DNA of 64,000 bases from Bugula neritina (taxonomy: Eukaryota; Animalia; Bryozoa). How positions within the stretch are numbered: position 1 is the first letter of the stretch; each line of letters begins with the position of its first letter. The stretch spans positions 3,318,741 through 3,382,740 of the forward strand of contig OZ037768.1 of NCBI GenBank assembly GCA_964035545.1, given 5' to 3'. The translations under genes and the position numbers were made by a program. Under the pieces are notes generated by a model. The model was not told the origin of the DNA, did no database searches, and was given only the letters and a program-made list of their open reading frames with translations. Shown one piece after another: positions 27,101-38,000 of the stretch.

Positions 27101-30100
27101 GTTTTTTGTATATAAGTTTCAGGGAACAGCCATTTATATTTATTGTAGTTTTTTCCAATGTTGTTTATAGTGTTTTCCTCAGTGGTTCTGGCCATGTACA
27201 CAATAATCTTCCTAAAACTGATATCGTATGTAACTGTAAACCGATGGTGCAGAGAGCATAGCCAGTCTAAAAAGTCTCTAAGGAAGCGTCAGAAATCCAC
27301 CTCCTCTATATCCAGCAGTAAGTGTGTTTCGCATTGCTGTAAAAGTACTGCTTATAGTGGCACTAAAACAAAAGCTTGTGCGCACAGCTCCATGCGTCAT
27401 GCCCGTGATTTGCTCTGCGCGGTTGGCTGCTCACGCTATGTGTGTGTGTGATTTAGTGCAGTCTCGCCTCCTACAAGCTATCATTTTTACAGTGTCAATG
27501 TAGTTCTTTCTTTCGCGTAGTCTATGATCATTTAACATTGCAGTAGTGCAAAGCTTATCAAAGCGGGTGCTGCATTATAATAATGTCCACATGTGCAGTG
27601 CATGACTGCATTATGATTGTGTTTTATTCCTTAGTGCTGAATGATGAACCACATGAAGGTATGCTGAGTTGACCAGACCATGTGTTACGTAACATTTCAG
27701 TAATGAGTTCTATTAGTTGTGTTGCCTATTAACAAGCTTTCCAGCCAATGTAACCCATAATGTTAGTCAGCCCTAAACATGTATTACATAATATTATTAT
27801 GTAATACACCGTGCTGCCCCTATACTCTAGCTTCCCTGGCAACTGCTGCCTTCACCAAGTCTGCTATTAACTCAGTTGCTTTATTAACTAAAAGTATTTT
27901 CATATGCATTGGCAGCATTCACAGCCAGATTTACAAGCTGTTATATATATTTGTAGGTGGTGACTTGGCCGACACAAAGTACATAGAATACCCAAACAAT
28001 CTTAATTTAAAAGGTGTGTGCTGCCAGTCAATCAGAGTTTATTATATGCCATACATGGCAGCTAGTAGCTGTGCTAGTTAGCAAATGTAGCTAACTTTAG
28101 GCTCTGTAGGCAGCACCTATGCCTGCTGCCGAAGTTCTATCAACACTTTAGTGTGTACAAATCTATTCGAGCTTTTTCACTTTAGTTTTAACACCTTATT
28201 CTTGTAACAATTCTAACCTAAGGCTACAAGAGAAATGTAGCAAAGTACATAACACAATATCTCTATTCTCAGTACAAAAAACAATTTGGTGTCTTTTGTA
28301 CTGCACAACAGGCAGCAGCAACTATACTGAGATTTAGGCAGTAGCTGAACATTTAATCTGCATTTCAAACCCAACTACCAATTTCAATTTCAATTCAAGC
28401 AACCATTTAATAAAGGTACAGTTGTGGCACACTCACTTGCCTATTATTATCTTGGAGAAGTACCCCTAAGTGGAATTAAGAAGCTTGCTGCGTTATAAAT
28501 TAGATGTAGTATACAACTATTTATTTATATTACTAACATAAGGGTTTTCAAAGTAACAAAGCTTAACCCCAGCACTCTATGGCAAGTGGTATGAGTCATG
28601 GAACCCCTATTATAGCTCTATTTTCACAAGTAGACTGTCTTATTAACTAGGGGTACAGTTGGCCCGTTAGCTACTATTCACTACCTTCTACTGGTTACCT
28701 TCTACTGGTCACTACCAGCATGTCTGCGTGCTTCTGTGATGTTATACTGTGGGGACATTTAATGTGAAACACCTCATTGATTTAGCATTTCTACTTCACA
28801 GTGTTTGCTGAGAAAAAAATTCCTCTTTTTTCCTTAAAATCATAAATTTGATGAAAAAAATAAATGTCTTTCATAAAGGACATGTATTTTGTGCATTTCC
28901 TCAAAATCTTTATTTTAGCGATAGTCATCAAAACTGAGGTTTCTGATTGAAATTCAACGACACTGCTAGTTTTTTTACAACTGAAATAAAATTGTTTTCC
29001 ATATTTTAATCATGAAAATCTCTGTACTTATCAGTTATTCATGCGTGAATTCAAGTACATTTGATCTGTAAACAATATTTATTTTATTTGTTGCACATCC
29101 AGGGTTCTGATTTACTGAATTGTGTTTTGCAGATTTCTATTACTTCATTGTCGCACCAACTCTCTGTTACGAGCTAAATTTTCCCAGATCAGCTCGGATC
29201 AGAAAAAGATTTTTAATCAAAAGATTGATAGAGATGGTAAGATGTTATCTATGCAAATATCACCAGCATTTAATGTAATAAGTTGTGCAATGCCACTTAG
29301 TATTCAAAGCTTCTAGTCTAATAAATAATTTCAGAAGCTTTATGTAGCATTTCTCATGCTTCCTACCTTTGACAGTTGCTAATCCCTTATTTAGTCGCCA
29401 GTAAACAGGTGTCATTAGATCTGGGTATGCTTGTGTTTAGGTGATCCTCTCCCAGGTTCTTCTGGCCCTAGTTCAGCAGTGGATGTTCCCCACCATCAAC
29501 AATTCAATGAAACCATTCCATGAGTCCAACTACCCTTCTATCCTGGAGAGACTTTTAAAGCTTGCAGTGAGTTTCTATCTCAAGTAACCTTATTGGCTGC
29601 TCTACCTACATGCTATGCTGCTGTGCGGTGGTGCTGCCGCTGCTGTTTGTATATTGTGATCATGTAATAGATGTATTAGATTGTTGTTTATTTTAGGTTT
29701 GTTTTGTATTTTTGGCCGAAACTTGGAATTTTTGACATGTTCACTTATTTTGGCTGTTCATTTCAGATACCAAATCATATTCTTTGGCTGATATTCTTTT
29801 ACTGGTTCTTCCATTCCTGCCTCAATGTCGTTGCTGAGTTACTGATGTTTGGAGACCGAGAGTTCTATAAAGATTGGTGGTGAGTTTAACTTGTTGAATT
29901 ACATCATTTTCCTATTATAACTTGGCAGCTTTTAGTCAACTTTTTGCTTCATCTAGTTTACCAATGGACTTTGACAGTTGGAATATGTTGTTAATATACC
30001 AGCTGTGCTGACTTTGTATCTTATTATGCTGACTTTGCGCTGCCAATAGGAATTCTGAGAGCATAACCGGGTTTTGGAGCTCATGGAATATTCCGGTGCA

Positions 30101-31823
30101 CAAGTGGGCTAGAAGGCACCTGTATTTGCCAATGGTGAAATCTGGATACGATAAAATGACTAGCTCTGTGGTGGTGTTCTTGGTTTCTGCATTCTTCCAT
30201 GAGGTATTTTCACTAAACTACTATCAGATTATGCTATGTACGGAGGCAGTATTAATATACAATAAGTAAATGAGTTCAAATTTTAACCTGAAATCTAACA
30301 CCTATTAATCATTCTGATTTCTCCTAGAGGACAGCCATGTATTTAAAAATCTAGATGTTTACTTCCACCACTAAATGCAAATTAAATCTTATAATTAATA
30401 TGATTAGCTAACACAGTTCTCTTTCATTCTCAGACAAAAATTTCATTGATGAAACTTGAAATAAGCAAAAGTTTGTGAAACATATTAACTATCATTGGAC
30501 GTTCTTTTTTCAATTGCAACCTTTCTACTAGAATGAGATTGTATTGAACCGAGATTATCTTGTAGAATAATTTTCACGTTTAAATCAGGCTGTCTCAATG
30601 GCTTTATTCACCACATGTTTAGCTGCGTGACCTATTTCTATTTAGTGACCGGTGGTCACATTTTAATTACATGCAGAGAGATAAACAAGGCATTGTAGTT
30701 GATTAATTAGTAACAGGCAATCTACAGACTAGTTGAATATTTATTGACCAGTTTGTTTAAATAGGCTGGTCATTGTTGACCTGTTGACCTATTTACTAGA
30801 ACATGATAGCCAAGCAGTGGTCAGTGGCATCTGCCAACAGGTTGATTATCACGTTGCTACATCCAATTTTTACTGCCATAATTGCATTATATTCACCTTT
30901 ATGATAACTTACCACCTCTCCCTAATTATGGGACATTACATTAAATTTTAGGATATTTTATAGTTGAATTAAAACTTGATGTACTGGTGGTTTAGTACAG
31001 AACATTGAATTCAGTAAGCAGTGAGACCTGTAATATGCTATCATTGATAACACAGATTGTAACACATTATTGGCACCTGGATACTGTGCAACCAGATTAT
31101 ATAACTGTCAAAATAAATATACATTTCAAAGTTATTACATTGCCGTGGTTACATAATATATAATATCATAATTTGTTACAGTATCTTGTAAGCGTACCTC
31201 TAAGGATGTTCAGAGTTTGGGCTTTCATGGGAATGTTGGGTCAGGTGAGTGATGTTGTCTGTCTATGTGTCTGGAGTAAGTTATATTTAATGAGTTGTTA
31301 TGTAATTGGCTGTGCCAATAGTTTTGATATAAGCTGATTTGGTAATAAATTTGGAGAAACCTATTCATTGTTTAACACAATTATATGAATGAATTTAAGT
31401 CTTGTCCATAACTAAAGCTCTCTGGGAAGATTAGGAAGTTTGTTTATTTGATTAATATTCTTTTTATGTTTCAGATGCATTGAATACATTCAATGTATAC
31501 AATTTGTTTGCTGAAGAGTGTTAATAGATAAACTAATTGTTAAATACTGTCTGGCCTTTTTTCGGAAAGTTTAATAAAAAAGTCTCACCCATTGATGATT
31601 CTCCTATCACAGAACTTTAATAGTGAACATTCAACCCATACATAAAGATTTTGTGTTTCAGGTGCCTTTTGCTATATTGACTTCAAAGTATCTCAATGGA
31701 CATTTCTCTAACATGGCTCTGTGGGTCTCGCTAATCATAGGTCAGCCTTTGGCAGCACTTATGTATGTCCATGACTACTATGTTATTAACCACCTTCACG
31801 CTGATGTTATGCCTAGCAGTTAG
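24182..31823 (+). CDS. DGAT1: Diacylglycerol O-acyltransferase 1 (MBOAT family), ~476 aa
   Basis: Exons 24182-24288, 25899-25986, 26232-26272, 26378-26466, 26766-26818, 26920-27022, 27171-27317, 27635-27658 (microexon), 27957-28013, 29133-29236, 29441-29566, 29767-29879, 30050-30203, 31182-31244, 31662-31823, all in phase. Motifs: [69 protein letters not shown] (catalytic His), [13 protein letters not shown]. Confidence 0.96.
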
Positions 31824-34800
31824 CTAACTCCCTCGTACCTTGACCTACTTATTTTCTTAACTTCAAAGGAACTATATGTATATGTAATAATTGTTTTTGA
31901 TTGTGTAGTTTTGATACTGAAAAATGTGTATATACAAGTTTATTAAATTTAAGTTTTTCGAAAATTTAGTTTATCAGATATACTAACATATATTCAAGTT
32001 GATCCAAACACTATGCTCAAGAATGTCTTGAAAACTGTTTTTTTTTGTATTTGATTATTAGTGAATCAAATAAAAGCTAGTAGCAGTAATGCTTTGTATT
32101 CATAAATTTTTTTCAACTTAATTTATTACTCAACACTAAGACCTGCAGTTGACCTGGTTGGCAATAATTCAAAATTATAGTCATTAGAAATCTCCCAGTT
32201 CAATGGGCTTCCAATATGTAAAGTGATTTAGCCAAACTGCATTTCCTGCTAGTATGTGCTGTACTAAAGCACCAGACAAATGTTGTATTCTGCACACTGC
32301 TATTAAAAATAGCACTAATACTTCAGCCTTGTACAGTTTGGCCAATGGATATGGCTCAGTGCCCAGATATTATAATGAATTCGCATCCAAATGATGCATT
32401 TCTTTGTTTAGCTGTTCTACAGTTACTCTCAGTAGTTTCCTAAAGGGGCATAATGGTGTTTAGCTCAGTTTCAAGATAAATTACTTTACCGCACAGCAAA
32501 GATTGTGATTACAAGCTATGCAAAAAAGAAGAGAATGCACATGCATTCCCTTACTGCAATTTCCTCAATACACCCTTTGTCCTACTTAAGAGTAGAGCAG
32601 TTGCTCAGCTCCCTCGCTATAAAAAGATTGCTTATCAGCAAACTTTGTGCTTCAACCAGACCATTGTTTGTTTGCAAAAGTCTGTGAATAATTAGGTGCA
32701 GCATACTGCAGGTATTTATAGATTGTTCACCATGCTACAGGTTACTGCTTCCTATAAACCTTGCAACATTAACACTGTAATAGCATTATATGTGCAATCA
32801 CTTTGTAGCAACTATGATAACTGATAATACACAAGTACATATATTTATGAGTGGGTGGCAATGCTCCAGTTTTTATTCTCTTTGTTGGGTGTGAGAATTT
32901 CAAAACTAAATTTCCTAGGTTGCAGATAGAAAGCTTTTTGATAAGAAGACTATTGGACATTTCACAGTGACAGGTAGCACCATGGTGAAGTCCTTAACTC
33001 TCATTTCTTTTCTTTGATGAAAAACAATTAATTTTTGTGTTTTAGTCACAGAAATTGGGTTACTTTTACTGGTATAGGTTGAATGAAGGAAAAAGCAATT
33101 ACTATGAATTCCCCAAGCCAATAAGTGCATTTCTATATTTCAATTATTTTGATTTAATATCCCATCACAAATTATTTTACATCTTTCATGCATATCATAT
33201 TTTCGAATAAGAAATTTAAATCAATGATTGTGTGTTGGGACAAATTAATGAAGTTATATGAGCTAGATATAGTAACACTTGATAGTTGCTGGATAGTTGC
33301 TATCCCCAGACCCCACGGGTTGTGTTGTTGCTATACAACTGTTCTTTCTTTGTCTTAGAGTTGTTGCCTCTCTATATTATCCTGATTTGTTTGTTTGAGA
33401 TAGAGAAGATAACTCTGCCAATTTGCATAGCTAGATTCTAATACCCTATCGTACACATCAAATGTAATATTATTACAAATTTAAATTTTAGATAAAGGTA
33501 ATTAGAAGGTTAATTTAATTCGACTTTTTATTTTTTATACCATGAGTAATGTAACAACATCAAATACTACATAACATTCAAATTTTAAACTCTGTAACCC
33601 AATGCAAATTGGGTAAAATGGTTGCAATTGTAGAAATATGACTGTAAGCCATTAGTTAGATATGCAGAAGCACACTAGCTGTGTATGCTACAACTTTCAC
33701 TTTATGCTCAAATTTCAAGCAGTCATATAAGTGTTGCAGGTATAATTATTATTTAAATAATATTAGTAATTAGTACATACCTACATACATGGCACACCTG
33801 TAAGTACTAAAATATAATACTATTCAGCCCACTCCAACACCTTCTCCCTTTCTGTTTCCCAATGCAAAGCTGTAGAATTTTTTGTCTGTGGAATTAACCA
33901 TTAAATTATCATTTAGTTGTATTTCATGAATTAAATACACAAAAGAGCAAATAAATACTGCTAGCTATAAGTAAATAGACAACGGGTTGAGTTGTGCTCA
34001 AGTCCTCTTCTACTTAAAGTGGTGCTATATTGGTCTAATAAATGTTGGGCCTGAAATACTGCACTTAGATTGGGCTAAAGCAGCAGCCCATTACAAATAA
34101 ATTAAACCCTGAGTTAAAGCACACTAATATTATAATTATATTATAGTCATGTATGCAATAATTTTAGGCCTGCTGTAGTTCATTGCGCAGTGCAGTTAGC
34201 GGTTTCGGTCCAAATATTATAGAGTTATCTTTCTTTTTATAGATTTAAACACGAATACCTCGTACAACGGAAATAGCGCCATAGTTGAAATCAAAATAAA
34301 AAGAAAATGAAAGAAAATTTTATGCAATATTAAATCTTTTCCACCCACTTCACACAGAGTGCATCTGCACATTATTTAAACAACAAGGTAGTTAATTGTT
34401 TCAGAAAATTTTAGTTTTAGTCAGTCAAAGTAATTTAATGCGTTTTTGTTTCTACTTTCCATGACTCGGTTCAGATTTTTATTCTGATTCTCTGTCAAGC
34501 CCAAGGAGACCGTCGTCATTATGATTATGTGTACATTATTTGTGATTGTTGCTTTTATTTTGTAAATTATATAAGTGTTTTACCAATTGTAGATTGATAA
34601 TTTTGATAATTAATAGTTCTTTTATTGGATATGTCCCCGAGTGTCTCAAAGTGAAAGTAAAAAGTAAAATCCACACCCAACTGAACTGAGTCGGATATGA
34701 CTGATACTGATTGAATCAGTATCAGTGGCGTGTGGATTTCACCTATAGTGAAAGTGTTACTTCTAGCTTCAAAATTTAATAAAAAATAAATACTTAATAA

Positions 34801-35093
34801 TATACTTATAACTTCATTTCAATTTGAATTCTTGAATTTATTTTCATTTTCATTTTGTAATTTTAATTTAATTTTATGTAATCATCATGATCGTCCCTTC
34901 AAGTTAATGTGATGTATCGAGTTGAAGTATGAGCATATTATCATTATCATTATGGCAAGGTAGCAAGGCTTGATTTAAATTAAAATTGCTTTGCTAATAA
35001 TAATATAATTGTGCGTATAGTGACAATCTCAACATACAGGTAGCACTAGTTGTCAATCATAATGAGTATTCCTATCTTTCTTAGTTAAAAACA

Positions 35094-38000
35094 ATGCATC
35101 TCTACAACTTGACTCTTCAACGTGCCACTACCATTACCCATGCTGTCCATGGGAACTTTTGTGGCACAAAGCAGCAAGAAATATGTGTTTCCAGAGGAAA
35201 AGTATTGGAAATTCTTAGGCCAGATCCTAATACTGGTAAAGTTTATACACTCCACGCTACAGAAGTATTTGGTCAAATTCGATCATTAATGCCATTCCGT
35301 TTGACCGGAGGCGGGAAAGGTGAGTCCAATTACTTCTTTTTGCTGCAAGTAAGCAGTGTTCTACGTGAAAAAAACACGACCTATTTTAATTTTTGGATAA
35401 ATGCAATCCCACTGTAGTAAAAAGATGTGCGACTACTGAATGAGTTTTTAAAAAATCAGACTAATAATGCTAATACTGTTGATTAAAACAGTCGCACTTT
35501 TCTACTCTTAATTAATGTATGGTGGTTAACATATGTTGATGGTTTTGTAGATTACATTGTTGTTGGGTCAGACTCTGGCAGAATTGTAATTCTGGAGTAC
35601 AACACATCAAAAAATTGCTTTGACAAGGTATTAGTAAACCAGTGTTGATATTTTTACTAAAGTCGCATCTCTTTGCATGCCATGTTGTCTGTTACGGCGA
35701 TGGCTCACTTCACCGTATCTCTTTTCATAGGTTCACCAAGAAACTTTTGGAAAATCAGGATGCAGGCGAATTGTGCCTGGACAATACCTAGCCATGGATC
35801 CAAAAGGTCGAGCAGTTATGATCGGGGCTTGTGAGAAACAGAAGCTTGTATATATATTGAATAGAGACGCACAGGCTAGGCTGACTATCTCCTCGCCGCT
35901 GGAAGCTCATAAAGCAAACACCATCGTATTTCATATGGTCGGCGTTGACGTTGGGTTTGAGAACCCAACATTTGCCTGTCTGGAAATAGATTATGAGGTA
36001 AGCAAGTGTCTGTATTATATTATTCCTTTGCATTACAGTTAAACTGTTTCTCCACTGTCTGCATCGATTAAGAGCATTGTAGTTTTAAATATCTATATTG
36101 TACCAATCCCTCTTGGTCTGTGGCCCTAATTTTAACAGTTCTCTTCATACTCTTTACATTTGCTCGTTTTAATTTTTATTTGGTTTAGCTTTTTCCAACT
36201 TCTATTCCCGCTAACCGTAAATATTGCAGGAGTGTGATAATGACCCCTCTGGTGAAAGTGCTCAGAAAGTACAGCAGCTGCTCACCTACTATGAACTTGA
36301 TTTGGGCTTAAATCATGTTGTGAGAAAATACAGTGAACCCCTAGAAGAACACGCTAACATGCTTATAGCAGGTACGTTGTAGTGTGCTTATAGCAGGTAT
36401 GTTGTAGTGTGTTTATAGCAGGTATGTTGTAGTGTGCTTATAGCAGGTACGTTGTAGTGTGTTTATAGCAGGTGTGTTGTAGTGTGCTTATAGCAGGTAT
36501 GTTGTAGTGTGCTTATAGCAGGTATGTTGTAGTGTGCTTATAGCAGGTGTGTTGTAGTGTGTTTATAGCAGGTATGTTGTAGTGTGCTTATAGCAGGTAC
36601 GTTGTAGTGTGTTTATAGCAGGTATGTTGTAGTGTGCTTATAGCAGGTACGTTGTAGTGTGCTTATAGCAGGTGTGTTGTAGTGTGTTTATAGCAGGTAT
36701 GTTGTAGTGTGCTTATAGCAGGTACGTTGTAGTGTGTTTATAGCAGGTATGTTGTAGTGTGCTTATAGCAGGTATGTTGTAGTGTGCTTATAGCAGGTAT
36801 GTTGTAGTGTGCTTATAGCAGGTATGTTGTAGTGTGCTTATTGCAGGTGTGTTGTGGTGTGCTTATAGCAGGTGTGTTGTAGTGTGCTTATAGCAGGTGT
36901 GTTGTAGTGTGCTTATAGCAGGTATGTTGTAGTGTGCTCATAGCAGGTGTCTTCCAGTATAAGCAGTATGCTTAATATATCGAATGTGTAGGGACCGGGT
37001 GAGGAAAAAATAATAATCAGAGATCACTCAGAGTTACTGTGTTTCAGTCAGCAGATAGTAAATAAGGATTTATGTAGCAGTGAAACAGATACTCTGCAGT
37101 TTTACGGACCAACTCGGTTGTTGGAAGCTGTTTCTGACAACAATGTCAGAAACAGTCTTCCTTACGTTAGTCGTTAACAACCAAAACCAATGTTGTCACC
37201 ACGGTTGTTTTCAACATATTTTGTGTTGAAAACATTTTTGGTGACTCACAAGCACCACTGCTTTAGAATGGGTTGTTTTGATATGAATGATTTTGCTGAA
37301 GTATTACTTATAAATGGTGTGGGATTTGTATTTCAGTTCCTGGCGGCACAGAGGGACCGAGCGGGGTGTTGATCTGCTCTGAAAACTACCTCACATATAA
37401 GAACTTTGGAGATCAGCCAGACATCCGCTGCCCTATACCCAGACGCAGGCACGACCTCGATGACCCGGAGAGGGGAATGATATTTGTGTGCAGCGCCACT
37501 CACAAGACTAAGAGCATGTTCTTCTTCCTCGCCCAGACCGAACAGGGGGATATTTTTAAAATCACTCTGGAAACAGACGAAGATATGGTAAGCTGATGGC
37601 CAGTCTGCTTGCAGCTCTCACCAGTTTGTATTTCTGCTGACGATATTTGTCCTTGACCGGATGGGGGGGGGGGGAAGTAATCCTCTCCCTTCATGTGATA
37701 CTATCTCTCCACAAATAATGTGTATGCTGCTGTATTACTACTCACTGTTGAACTGCTATTGCTTGCTGAGAATTTGCTGCTTTCACTGTTGTCAATTTTT
37801 ACTTAATTTCAGGTCACAGAAGTAAAATTAAAGTATTTTGACACAGTTCCTGTGTGTAGCTCGCTGTGTGTTCTTAAAACAGGGTTTCTATTCTGTGCTG
37901 CGGAGTTTGCTAACCAGTAAGTTATCCGTTACTCTCTTGTCACCAATATCCTTACTGAGCTTGCAACTGTATAGGTGGTAACTCCATAGTGTCGTGTGTT

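Noticed and set aside
27641-27667. ATGATGA...CTGA as a C/D snoRNA
   Set aside because: The boxes are only ~16 nt apart; the segment is better explained as the DGAT1 microexon and its donor.
36361-36950. CRISPR-like appearance of the regular repeats (also 38186-38815 and 49486-50490)
   Set aside because: Units are head-to-tail with no unique spacers, there are no cas genes, and the context is eukaryotic introns.
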